DNA of 62,447 nucleotides, filler included, from Convolutriloba macropyga (GCF_964194025.1; 4 parts of 4 records of this genome joined end to end with filler, not necessarily neighbours in it); one strand, 5' to 3'; numbered from the whole stretch's first letter, positions 36,048-49,326 are shown. Numbers and translations: made by a program. Notes: a model not told the origin generated them from the letters alone.

Positions 36048-38172
36048 TGAAACCTGAAATGGAATGAACGTTCAATATAGAAATTTTTCTCTAGCTCCGA
36101 TACACCCGTGTCCAAAAAGACCTTGATAAGAAACGTTTTCGAATGCGAGACCTAAAACCATATTATAATGGTAATGAAATTGATCAACAAAAAGATGTGG
36201 TTGAACTCTTTAGGGCACTGAGTCAAATGCTTTGCAATGACTAAATCAACTGGCCCAGCAACTTTTGCTCCTAATAATTAGAGGACTTCTCAATATACCA
36301 AAACAAGCTACTCTTCTTGATTATACCAACATTCATGTTTCTCACATAATTTTGTCTGAAAACTGGTTGTCTGTAGAAACAGAAAGTAACCCAAGTCACA
36401 AGCAGGCTTTCCCGATAACACAGAAAAAACGGAAAGCATAGTGATGTTCTAGCTTTAATCGGAAAACAGTTTCGGTTTCAGTAGATCATCAGGATGTTTG
36501 CTCTGACTCTGATTTTGCTTGTTTTTTATCCTTAAGACTTCCTACTGCGTCGTAATAGTTATTACTGTATATTTATTTACGTTATATAGCACTTAAAATG
36601 TTCCCGTGGATTTTCTATATAGTATTACTGAACATGCAGTCAAACGGGCGGAAGTCAACTATCCGTATTCGTCATGCGTCATCTCACTATGTGTAATGGG
36701 CCATCTTAATCTACCAAAAACGAACTGGCAGAATTTCGGTAGTTCGAACATAAGAGAAGAATCCTATTCTGCTTTTCGTTTTTTAGTACTTTTTTTTTGA
36801 GTCATCGTGTCACAAAGTCCAGCATCCATGAAACCAAAAACATTTGGGACAATGTTTTTGTGATCGACGATTGTAACATGTTTCCATCAGTAGTGCTCAA
36901 ACTGGTTTTTTTCAGTGAACATATTGCAAATCAAAGTAACTGTATCTCCAAGGACGCAAATTGCTTGATGAAAATTACGAAATCACGGCCTTCATTGATT
37001 TTTGATTGCTATCAGGGTGAAACAATTTTGACACTTTTCAATAGGTATTTGCGGCAGCAGATAGATTATTGTTTCCCTTGGAAAATAACATTACGGTTAA
37101 AAGGAGTGGAATATTTTTTTACTACACCTCACATATAATTTGTTGTCTTATACAAAGAACAGAGCTGCAAGACGTAGAACATTTTGCGAAAAACCGTCGA
37201 GTTAAAACAATATTCTGCTGAATGAAAGGAAATCTGATTTAAGCGTATCTGATGAGCTGGACAAATTTTGTTTTATTATCGACTACTGTTTTCTGTCAGG
37301 AGCGCAAGGAAAAAAGTTATAATTCTCTTATGGGTCAACAACGAACCCCTATTACCTACGGCCAGCGGTTTCCTGAAACGCTAAACAGTTTTTATATTTT
37401 TAAAATCTCAAGTGCTACGAATCAAAAAATTCCGTTATGCTAACCAATAATTTCAAATTTGTTACCTCGCCTAACACAATGAATGAAATTGTGAATACTA
37501 AAACCTCTTTTTATGAAACAAATGACCAATTTCACAAAAAAGCTTCTCAAAATGTTATCTGGGTCTTTTTCAGAAATTCTATTCACAGTTTTTAGTTCGA
37601 TAGTTTTTAAAACCTTAATTAGCATGTGGAAATTTGGTTTTATCAGCCTCTCCAAAAAAATTTGTTCTTAACCAAAGACCAGTCAGCATGCTTGCTAAGC
37701 GGTCCATAAATTAAAAAAAAATATATGGAATTTTCTATGATCACGTCGAACGTGATTCGTCGTTCAGAATAACAAACACGTTAATATAAAACTGATTAAC
37801 TTCGTGCGATCACTGCATCAAAATCGAAGCTCCCACTTATACGCCCTGTGTCTCGTCAATCAGAATGTGTTCAAAAAAATTGTTGTTAACATATTAATGA
37901 ATAAGCTCACTCATTTCAATTCTGACGAAGTTTCAATTATTTTTCCCCCAAACAATCTGTTTGGTAGGAGTAAAGTAACAGGTATGAAATATTTATCCTT
38001 ATTTATTTGCAAAGACATGTTGATTGTTGCTCCACAGTGGTTACTCCAGGGCCCGCTTGTCTTTTCTTGACTCTCTAATTTGGATGTTTACCAATGACCT
38101 AAAATTTATTATCTGGTGCTCTCATCGTTCGTGATGTTTTGACGCAGTTTTACAATTGGAGCATAGCAAATG
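36048..38172 (+). mobile_element. Most complete array unit (~2.12 kb), retaining the APE C-terminal half and the APE-RT linker
   Basis: Contains VMGHLNLPKTNW (GDFN-like), IWDNVFV and SEHI (SDH-like), then APQWLLQGPL (VPQG-like) before the next junction. Confidence 0.8.
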
Positions 38173-39176
38173 AAAACTCAAATGGAGTGAACGATCAATA
38201 CAGAAAAATCTTCCCCAGCTGCGATGCAGATTCGTCGAAAAATGCCTTGAAAAGAAACGTTTTCGAATCCAAGACCTAACAGCATATTATAATGATAATG
38301 AAATTGGTCAGGAAAAAGATGTGGTTGAAATCTGTAGGGCACTGAGCTAAATTGCTCTGCAATGACTAAACCATCTGGACCAACGATTTTTGTTCTTAAT
38401 AATCTAAGAACTTCTCAGTATACTGAATAAAGCTGCTCTACTAGATTATGCAAGCATCCACCGTTCTGACATTGTTTTTACTAAAAGCTGTTTGTCTGAA
38501 GAGACGAAAAATATCGCAAGTTACAAGCAGGCTTTCAGGTTGAGATAGAAAGAACGGAAATCATAACGATGTTCTATGTATAAACGAAAAACTGTTCTGT
38601 TATCATTAGATTATTTGCATGTTTGCTCTGAGTCTGATTTTGTTTGTTGTTTTATCTTAAAGGCGTCCTATTGCGTCGTAAAAATTACTGCAGTACAATT
38701 AAATCCGTTGTGCCCATGCAGAACTTCTTGAACATGCAGTCAATCGGGCGCAAGTCAACTATCAACCTTCGTCATGCGACATCTCATTGTGTGTAATAGA
38801 CCATAATCATCTTCCAAATACGGACTGAGAGAAAACGAGTACTCCAAACATAGAAGAAGCATCCCATTCTCATGATTTTAATACTTTTTCTCTGAGACCT
38901 GTTATCACGAAGCCCAGCAACCATAAAGCACGAAGCATTTTTGACAATGATTTTGTGACCGACGTTTCCAACTCAATTTCAACAGTAGGCTAGAAATCGT
39001 TCCGTTCTGTAAACATATTACTAAACAATTTATTTGTTGCTCGGAAGCAATTGACGACCTGCAACTCAGTCTATTTTACTCTTTTAGAGACGCAAATTTT
39101 GATGATTTTTCCAAATTCATGGACTTCACTTGGTTTTGTTAATTATCATGATGAAACTAATCAAAGATAACACAGG

Positions 39177-42100
39177 ATGATGCTAAATAAAGAAAAATCT
39201 GGTATTAGCGATTCTGCTTAGCTGTACCAGGTTTGTGTTATAGATGAAGAATGCACTTCATGAATCGACTACTGTTTTCTTGCAGATGCGCAAAGAGAAA
39301 ATTTATCATTCTATGTACAACCAAGACCCCCTATTACCTATGGCCAGTGGTTTCCTGAATTACTAAATAGTTTTTTCTGCTACGAGTTTCAATCGAAGTT
39401 ATTAAAAAGTCAATTATTACGACTCAAAGACCTCCGTTATACTATTGAAGGAAATCCTATTGAAGGAATAGTTCTTCGAAAATCCTTCATCCGAAATAGT
39501 TCATCCGAATTAGTTTGGTGTTGTGTTTAGTCTAACAAGTTCATCCGAAATAGTTCGGTGTTCAGTCTAAAAAAAGCGCTATTATCTAACTTATTGACCT
39601 CATGAAATCAGAGCACCATAGTCGAAGCGCTCATTTATATGCCATATGTCTAGAGTAGGAACTAGTGTTCAATAAGGTTCCTTTTAACATTTTTTGAGTA
39701 AGCTCACGCGTTTTGATTTGGATTAACTTTTAATTAATTTTTTGCCAAAACAATCTGTTTGGTAGATGTCAAGTAACAGGGATGAATACAAAATGAAACA
39801 ATTCTAACTCTTTTCAGTGGGAATTTATAGCAGCAGGTTGATGCTTTTTTCCCTCCAAAAATAAAAAATCTGTTAAAGAATAAGGACTCCTTTCTATAAC
39901 ACCTCTCATACAATGTGTTGCCTTAATATAAAGAACAGAGCTGCAAGCTGTTTTGCGAAAAAAACCTTTCATATAAAACAGTATGATGCTAAATGAAGAA
40001 ACATCTGATATTAGCGATTCTGCTGAGCTGTACCAGGTTTGTGTTATAGTTGAAGACTGCACTTCATGAATCGACTACTGTTTTGTTGCAGATGCGCAAA
40101 GAGAAAACTTATCATTCTATGTACAACCAAGACCCCCTATTACCTATGGCCAGTGGTTTCCTGAATTACTAAATAGTTTTTTCTGCTACGAGTTTCAATC
40201 GAAGTTATTAAAAAGTCCATTATTACGACTCAAAGACCTCCGTTATACTATTGAAGGAAATCCTATTGAAGGAATAGTTCTTCGAAAATCCTTCATCCGA
40301 AATAGTTCATCCGAATTAGTTTGGTGTTGTGTTGAGTCTAACAAGTTCATCCGAAATAGTTCGGTGTTCAGTCTAGCAAAAGCGCTAATATCTAACTTAT
40401 TGACCTCATGAATTCAGAGCACCATAGTCGAAGCGCTCATTTATATGACATGTGTCTAGACTAGAAACTAGTGTTCAATAAGTTTCCTTTTAACATTTTT
40501 TGAGTAAGCTCACGCGTTTTGATTTGGATTAATTTTTAAGTAATTTTTTGCCAAAACAATCTGTTTGGTAGATGTCAAGTAACAGGGATGAATACAAAAT
40601 GAAACAATTCTAGCTCTTTTCAATGGGAATTTATAGCAGCAGGTTGATGCTTTTTTCCCTCCAAAAATAAAAAATCTGTTAAAGAATAAGGACTCCTTTC
40701 TATAACACCTCTCATACAATGTGTTGCCTTAATATAAAGAACAGAGCTGCAAGCTGTTTTGCGAAAAAAACCTTTCATTTAAAACAGTATGATGCTAAAT
40801 GAAGAAAAATCTGATATTAGCGATTCTGCTTAGCTGTACCAGGTTTGTGTTATAGATGAAGAATGCACTTCATGAATCGACTACTGTTTTCTTGCAGATG
40901 CGCAAAGAGAAAATTTATCATTCTATGTACAACCAAGACCCCCTATTACCTATGGCCAGTGGTTTCCTGAATTACTAAATAGTTTTTTCTGCTACGAGTT
41001 TCAATCGAAGTTATTAAAAAGTCAATTATTACGACTCAAAGACCTCCGTTATACTATTGAAGGAAATCCTATTGAAGGAATAGTTCTTCGAAAATCCTTC
41101 ATCCGAAATAGTTCATCCGAATTAGTTTGGTGTTGTGTTTAGTCTAACAAGTTCATCCGAAATAGTTCGGTGTTCAGTCTAACAAAAGCGCTATTATCTA
41201 ACTTATTGACCTCATGAATTCAGAGCACCATAGTCGAAGCGCTCATTTATATGCCATATGTCTAGAGTAGGAACTAGTGTTCAATAAGGTTCCTTTTAAC
41301 ATTTTTTGAGTAAGCTCACGCGTTTTGATTTGGATTAACTTTTAATTAATTTTTTGCCAAAACAATCTGTTTGGTAGATGTCAAGTAACAGGGATGAATA
41401 CAAAATGAAACAATTCTAACTCTTTTCAATGGGAATTTATAGCAGCAGGTTGATGCTTTTTTCCCTCCAAAAATAAAAAATCTGTTAAAGAATAAGGACT
41501 CCTTTCTATAACACCTCTCATACAATGTGTTGCCTTAATATAAAGAACAGAGCTGCAAGCTGTTTTGCGAAAAAAACCGTTAAATTAAAACAGTATGATG
41601 CTAAATGAAGAAAAATCTGATATTAGCGATTCTGCTGAGCTGTACCAGGTTTGTGTTATAGATGAAGACTGCACTTCATGAATCGACTACTGTTTTCTTG
41701 CAGATGCGCAAAGAGAAAATTTATCATTCTATGTACAACCAAGACCCCCTATTACCTATGGCCAGTGGTTTCCTGAATTACTAAATAGTTTTTTCTGCTA
41801 CGAGTTTCATTCGAAGTTATTAAAAAGTCAATTATTACGACTCAAAGAACTCCGCGTTATACTACTGAAGGAAATCCTATTGAAGGAATAGTTCATCGGA
41901 AATCCTTCATCCGAAATATTACATCCGAATTAGTTTGATGTTGTGTTGATTCTAACAAGTTCATCCGTAATAGTTCGGTGTTCAGTCTAACAAAAGCGCT
42001 ATTATCTAACTTATTGACCTCATGAAATCAGTGCATCAGAATCGAAGCTCTCATTTATATGCCATGTGTCTAGACTATGAACTAGTGTTCATAAAGGTTC

Positions 42101-44380
42101 CTTTTAATTTTTTTTGAGTAAACTCACGCTTTTTGATTTAAATTAACGTTTAAGTAATTCTTTGCCAAAACAATCTGTTTGGTAGATGTCAAGTAACAAG
42201 GATGAATACAAGATGAAACAATTGTAACTCTTTTCAATTGGAATTTATGGCAGCAGGTTGATGCTTTTAAAGAATAAGGACTCCTTTCTATAACACCTCT
42301 CATACAATGTGTTGCCTTAATATAGAGAACAGGGCTGCAAGCTGTTTTGCGAAAAAAACCGTTAAATTAAAACAAGATGATGCTAAATGAAAAAAAATCT
42401 GATATTAGCGATTCTGCTGAGCTGTACCAGGTTTGTTTTATAGATGGAGACTGCGCTTCATTAATCGACTACTGTTTTCTTGCAGAAGCGCAAAGAGAAA
42501 AAGTATCATTCTATGTACATCCAAGACTCCCTTTTACCTATGGCCAATGGTTTCTTGAATTTGTGTTATACCAGGTTTGTGTTATAGATGAAGACTGCAC
42601 TTCATGAATCGACTACTGTTTTCTTGCAGATGCGCAAAGAGAAAATTTATCATTCTATGTACAACCAAGACCCCCTATCACCTATGGCCAGTGGTTTCCT
42701 GAATTACTAAATAGTTTTTTCTGCTACGAGTTTCAATCGAAGTTATTAAAAAGTCAATTATTACGACTCAAAGACCTCCGTTATACTATTGAAGGAAATC
42801 CTATTGAAGGAATAGTTCTTCGAAAATCCTTCATCCGAAATAGTTCATCCGAATTAGTTTGGTGTTGTGTTGAGTCTAACAAGTTCATCCGAAATAGTTC
42901 GGTGTTCAGTCTAACAAAAGCGCTATTATCTAACTTATTGACCTCATGAATTCAGAGCACCATAGTCGAAGCGCTCATTTATATGCCATGTGTCTAGAGT
43001 AGGAACTAGTGTTCAATAAGGTTTCTTTTAACATTTTTTGAGTAAGCTCACGCGTTTTGATTTGGATTAACTTTTAAGTAATTTTTTGCCAAAACAATCT
43101 GTTTGGTAGATGTCAAGTAACAGGGATGAATACAAAATGAAACAATTCTAACTCTTTTCAATGGGAATTTATAGCAGCAGGTTGATGCTTTTTTCCCTCC
43201 AAAAATAAAAAATCTGTTAAAGAATAAGGACTCCTTTCTATAACACCTCTCATACAATGTGTTGCCTTAATATAAAGAACAGAGCTGCAAGCTGTTTTGC
43301 GAAAAAAACCGTTAAATTAAAACAGTATGATGCTAAATGAAGAAAAATCTGATATTAGCGATTCTGCTTAGCTGTACCAGGTTTGTGTTATAGATGAAGA
43401 ATGCACTTCATGAATCGACTACTGTTTTCTTGAAGATGCGCAAAGAGAAAATTTATCATTCTATGTACAACCAAGACCCCCTATTACCTATGGCCAGTGG
43501 TTTCCTGAATTACTAAATAGTTTTTTCTGCTACGAGTTTCAATCGAAGTTATTAAAAAGTCAATTATTACGACTCAAAGACCTCCGTTATACTACTGAAG
43601 GAAATCCTATTGAAGGAATAGTTCATCGGTAATCCTTCATCCGAAATATTTCATCCGAATTAGTTTGATGTTGTGTTGAGTCTAACAAGTTCATCCGAAA
43701 TAGTTCGGTGTTCAGTCTAACAAAAGCGCTATTATCTAACTTATTGACCTCATGAAATCAGTGCATCAAAATCGAAGCTCTCATATATATGCCATGTGTC
43801 TAGACTATGAACTAGTGTTCATAAAGGTTCCTTTTAATTTTTTTTGAGTAAACTCACGCTTTTTGATTTAAATTAACGTTTAAGTAATTCTTTGCCAAAA
43901 CAATCTGTTTCGTAGATGTCAAGTAACAAGGATGAATACAAGATGAAACAATTGTAACTCTTTTCAATTGGAATTTATGGCAGCAGGTTGATGGTTTTAA
44001 AGAATAAGGACTCCTTTCTATAACACCTCTCATACAATGTGTTGCCTTAATATAGAGAACAGGGCTGCAAGCTGTTTTGCGAAAAAAACCGTTAAATTAA
44101 AACAGGATGATGCTAAATGAAAAAAAATCTGATATTAGCGATTCTGCTGAGCTGTACCAGGTTTGTTTTATAGATGGAGACTGCGCTTCATTATTCGACT
44201 ACTGTTTTCTTGCAGAAGCGCAAAGAGAAAAAGTATCATTCTATGTACAACCAAGACTCCCTTTTACCTATGGCCAATGGTTTCTTGAATTGCTAAACAA
44301 TTTTTTCTGCTACAAGTTTCAATCGAAGTTATTAAAATGTCAATCGCTACGACTCAAAAAACTCCGTTATACTATCCAAT
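39177..44380 (+). repeat. Young ~806-bp tandem sub-array (about six units plus partials) derived from LINE linker and RT pieces
   Basis: ATGATGCTAAAT occurs at 39177, 39983, 40789 and 41595 (806 spacing), 42377 (782), 43327 and 44107 (780), with a related copy at 47101. Units are nearly identical. Confidence 0.95.
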
Positions 44381-47300
44381 AACTTATATTGTCTTTTACC
44401 TCGGATAACATTATGAGTGAAACCGGGAAGACTAAAACACTACTTACGAAACCAATGTCAATTTTTCCGCAAAACATCTCAAATTGTTACCCGGGTCTAT
44501 TGCAGGCACTTTATGCACAGTTTTTAGTTCAACAGTTTTAACGAAAATTGTCCTTACTATTTGAAAAATTGCTTTGATCAAGCCTCTCCAAAATAAGGGT
44601 TCGAATGCAGAGTTTGAAACTACAGACCAACCAGATTGCGCGCCAGGCTGTCCCTAATTTTTGAACTACTTTTATATGGAATTTTCTTAATTTAATGTTT
44701 AATTATTAATTTCTTTTTCAATGAAGTCATTATTTTTTCAATCTGTTTGGTGGATAACAAAGTGAATAATAACTCCGTGTCTTTAAAAACGTGTTGAGAG
44801 GTGTTACTGTTGGGCCCGCTTCACTTTTTGATTTTTATAGATGACCTGTCATGCTTTTTTATTAACTCTACAAGTTGGATGTTTACCGATGACCTAAATT
44901 TATTATTCTGTGCTCTTATCTTTTTGATGTCTTGACGCGGTTTTACAATTCGAACATAGCAAATTAAAACTGAAATAAAATGAACATTCAGTAGAGAAAA
45001 CTTTTCTCCAGCTCCGATACAGCATCGACCAAAAAGGCCCTGATAAAAAACGATTTCGAATGTGAGACCTAAAACCTTTTTATAATGATAATGAAACTGA
45101 TCAACAAGAAGATGTGCTAGAAATTTTTAGGGCAGTGAGCTAAAATGCTTTGCAATGACTAAACCATCTGGCCCAACAAATTTTGTTCCTAATAAGCAGA
45201 GAACTTCTCAGTATATTGAAACAAACTGCTCTACCTGGTTATGCAAGCATCCACGGTTCTGACATTGTTTTGACTGAAAGCTGGTCATCTGAAGAGCCGG
45301 AAAAAATAGCAAGTGACAACCAGGCTTTCACGTTATGATGCATAGAAGGGAAAGCATAGTGACGTTCTTGCTATAAAAGAAGAATTGCTTTGTTATCAGT
45401 AGAACATCCGGATGTTTGCTCTGACTCTGATTTTGCTTGTTGTTTTATCTTATAGACATCCTACTGCGCCGCAATAGTTATTGCTGTATTTTTACCTTTG
45501 TTATGTAGCTCTTATAATATTTCCCTGGATTTCTAATATAAAATTGTACGTGAAATTTTATATAAGAAACCAGTGACAATTTTCCCCAAAAAGCTTCTCA
45601 AAATATTACCTGGATCTATTGCTGACATTTCATGCAAACTTTTGAGTTGAATAGTTTGAACGAAAATTTTCCCTAGTTTTCGGAAAGTTGCTTTTATCAG
45701 ACCTCTCCATAAAAACGGCTCTAAAGCAAAAAAATGGAAGCTACAGACCAATCAGCATGCTTGCTAAGCTGTCCCCAAATTTGGAGAAAGTTTTATTTGG
45801 ATTCTTATCTGATCACGTTGAAACTGATATTGATTCGAAATAAGTCGGAGTTCAGTCTAACAAACTTGTCATTATACAACTAATTGATTGATCATCAATT
45901 TATCAAAAGAGAACATTTATCATTCTATGTACAACCAAGACCCCCTATTACCTATGGCCAGTGGTTTCCTGAATTGCTAAATAGTTTTTTCTGCTACGAG
46001 TTTCAACCGAAGTTATTAAAATATCAATTATTACAACTCACAGAACTCCGTTATGATTTTGATGGAAATCCTATTGAAAGAATAGTTCATCGGATATCCT
46101 TCATCCGAAATAGTTCATCCGAATTAGTTTGGTGTTGTGTTGAGTCTAACAAGTTCATCCGAAATAGTTCGGTGTTCAGTCTAACAAAAGCGCTATTTAA
46201 CGGTTTTTAACGGTTTTTTGCTATAAATTTTAACCGATTTTTTAAAATTTCAATTGCAACGATTCAAAAAATGCCATTATACTAACCAATACAATGTATA
46301 TATTTTTTCTCCAATTACATTATGAGTGAAATTGTGAAGACTAAAAGCTCAACTTATTGAACCAATGACTATTTTCCCACAAAACTCCTCCAAACGTTAC
46401 CTGGGTCTATTGCTGACATTTTATGCACAGTTTTTAGTTCGATAGTTTAATGAAAATTTTCCACAAACTTGTCCATAAGGAGGTCTCTAAAGCGACGATT
46501 GGAGACTCGAGACCAATCAGTAAGCCTGCTAGCAGTCCCCAATTTTTGAAAGAGTTTTATATGGATTTGTTTATGATCACGTCGAATCAGTTCATCGGAA
46601 ATCCTTCATCCGAAATAGATCATCCGAATTAATTTGGTGTTGTGCTGAGTCTAACAAGTTCATCCAAAATAGTTTGGTGTTCAGTCTAACAAAAGCGCTA
46701 TTATCTAACTTATTGACATCATGAAATCAATGCATCAAAATCGAAGCTCTCTTTTATATGCCATGTGTATAGTTTATAAACTAGTGTTCAATAAAGTTCC
46801 TTTTAACATTTTTTGATTCAGCTCACGCGTTTTGATTTATATTAACGTTTAAGTAATTTTTTGCTAAAACAATCTGTATGGTAGATGTCAAGTAACTGGG
46901 ATGAATACAAGATAAAACAGTTGTAACTCTTTTCAATGGGAATTTATGGCAGCAGGTTGATGCTTGTTTCCCTCGAAAAATAAAAAATCTGTTGAAGAAT
47001 AAAGACTCCTTTTTTAACACCTCACATAAAATGTGTTGCCGTAATATAAAGAACAGGGCTGCAAGCTGTTTTGCGAAAAAAACCGTTATATTAAAACAAG
47101 ACGATGCTAAATGAAGAAAAATCGTATGTTAGCGATTCTGCTGAGTTGTACCAAGTTCGTTTTATAGATGGAGCTTGCACTTCATTAATCGACTACTGTT
47201 TTTTTGCAGGAGCGCAAAGAGAAAATTTATCATTCTATGTACAACCAATGCCCCCTATTACCTATGGCCAGTGGTTTCTTGAATTGCTAAATAGTTTTTT

Positions 47301-48490
47301 CTGCTACAAGTTTCAATCGAAGTTATTGAAATGTCAATTGCTACGACTCAAAAAATCATGCAATACAATCCAATAACTTATATTTTCTTTTACCTCGGAT
47401 AACATTATGAGTGAATCTGGGAAGACTAAAACACTACTTACTAAGCCAATGACAATTTTCACGCAAAACATCTCAAATTGTTACCCGGGTCTATTGCAGG
47501 CACTTTATGCACAGTTTTTAGTTCAACAGTTTTAACGAAAATTGTCCTTAGTATTTGAAAAATTGCTTTGATCAAGCCTCTCCAAAATAAGGGTTTGAAT
47601 GCAAAGATTGAAACTACAGACCAACCAGATTGCGTGCTAGGCTGTCCCTAATTTTTGGAATACTTTTATATGGAATTTTCTTAATTTAATGTTTAATTAT
47701 TAAATTCTTTTTTAATGATTTCATTATTTTATCAATCTGTTTGTCAGATGTCAACTAACAAAGTGAATAATATCTCCGTGTCTTTAAAAAACGTGTTGAG
47801 AGGTGTTACTGCTGGGCCCGATTCACTGTTTGATTTTTTTAATTGAACTGTAATCCTTTTTATTGACTCTATACGTCGGATGTTTGCTGATGACCTAAAT
47901 CTTTTATTTAGTGCTCTCATCTTTTGTGATGACATGACGCGGTTTACAATTGGAACATAGCAAATGAAAACTGAAATAAAATGAACATTCAGTATAGAAA
48001 ATTGTTCTCCAGCTCCGATACAGTCTCGTTCAAAAAGGCTCTGTTAAAAAATATTTTTGAATGCGAGACCTAAAACCTTATTATAATGATAATGAAATTG
48101 ATCAACAAGAAGATATGCAAGAAATCTTTTGGACACGGAGCTAAACTGCTTTGCAATGACTAAACCATCTGGCCCAACAAATTTTGTTCCTAATAATCCG
48201 AGAACTTCTCTTTTTCTTGGAACATGCTGCTCGACTTGGTTATGCAAGCATCCGCGGTTCTGACATTGTTTTAACTGAAAGCTGGTCATCTGCAGACAGA
48301 AAATACAGCAAGTAACATGCAGGCTTTCACTTTAAGATGCATAGAAGGAAATGCATAGTGACGTTCTTGCTATAAAGGAAAAACTGCCTTGTTATCAGTA
48401 GATCATCCGGATGTTTGCTCTGACTCTGATTTTGCTTGTTGTTTTTATCCTATAGACATCTTACAGCGCCGCAATAGTTATTGCTGTATT

Positions 48491-48590
48491 NNNNNNNNNN
48501 NNNNNNNNNNNNNNNNNNNNNNNNNNNNNNNNNNTTAATTAATTAANNNNNNNNNNNNNNNNNNNNNNNNNNNNNNNNNNNNNNNNNNNN
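48491..48590. other. Artificial contig spacer: 44 N + TTAATTAATTAA + 44 N
   Basis: Same 100-bp structure. Confidence 0.97.
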
Positions 48591-48904
48591 ACACACAAAG
48601 ATTTACTAGATTCAACTATTCAAAATTCGGAAGCTTTCAAAGTAGCAAATCCGTCATTTCTTTTACACTAATAGTCGCGTCTTGAGTGTCAATTGTGTAA
48701 GATTTTTAGCCCAAACTATTAACGAAATTAACAGTTAAAGTGTAGCTTAAATTAAAAAAATTTGATATCTGTCAAACATCGGTAACCTGGAGTTTTCGAT
48801 TGATTCTATTGATAGACTCAATCAGCTGCTTTAACATAAAAACTCGACTTATTTTGTTAAATATTTGAATAGTATTGAAACGCAAATTATGTATTTCGTT
48901 GTAC

Positions 48905-49206
48905 CTGATTTGATGGATAAGTTGCCATCTCCTCTCTGACTTTCCAACTTTTTCGCTTTTTCCTCTAGATCCTCTAACAGAATGCAGTATTCTTCCAAAT
49001 CGTCAGTGTCAAGGTCATACGACCTTCCCGCATCTTCATCCGCTGACTTTTTGGCCTTGAGGCTACATTCGATGTCATTGATAGTTTCATCAACTTCTTT
49101 CTGGAACCCGTTACCTTGGAGGGTATCGTGTTGTTGGACAGACATGAAAAGTTCTTCAAACTTCCGATACTTTTGACCACGGACAGGCAAGAGATCTTCG
49201 GATAAC
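48905..49206 (-). CDS. Probable internal exon of an unknown host gene (acidic, coiled-coil-like peptide)
   Basis: Acceptor gtgttttctag|G and donor TCA G|gtacaa flank a 302-nt open frame LSEDLLPVRGQKYRKFEELF...LEDLEEKAKKLESQ...IKS. GC content is higher than in the flanks. Confidence 0.55.
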
Positions 49207-49260
49207 CTAGAAAACACGACCCGGATCATCCATCATACAACTTTCCTGGATTTCAAACAA

Positions 49261-49326
49261 GATCATATCATTTTTGGTAATAATACAAGGTTATGACCTT
49301 GTATTATTACAAAGTATCATATGATC
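49261..49326. repeat. ~66-bp foldback with a perfect 15-bp inner stem
   Basis: GTAATAATACAAGGT-tatg-ACCTTGTATTATTAC (49277-49310), with outer arms GATCATAT / ATATGATC. Confidence 0.85.

Larger units (their letters stand above)
27615..48490 (+). repeat. ~21-kb head-to-tail array of an internal segment of one CR1-like LINE (ORF1 C-terminus, APE, RT), with variable internal deletions
   Basis: The same junction (ACATAGCAAATG|AAAACTGAAATGGAATGAACG) occurs near 28361, 29830, 30584, 32191, 33508, 34839, 36042, 38165, 44958 and 47959. Units repeat DLKLYYNGNEIDQQ, SDIVLTENWL, LHKNGSK, PISMLAK, QFGVQSNK, LDYEKVFNKVP and ADDLK remnants. Confidence 0.92.

Noticed and set aside
39177-44380. CRISPR-like or other repeat-spacer array
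   Set aside because: Whole units are repeated with no unique spacers, the content is LINE-derived, and there are no cas-like ORFs.
27615-48490. Functional multi-RT system (retron, DGR, or telomeric retrotransposon array such as HeT-A/TART)
   Set aside because: Every copy is riddled with stops and frameshifts, and the catalytic motifs are often lost. Units lack the 3' tails that telomeric retrotransposon arrays keep, and the RT is of APE-LINE type.
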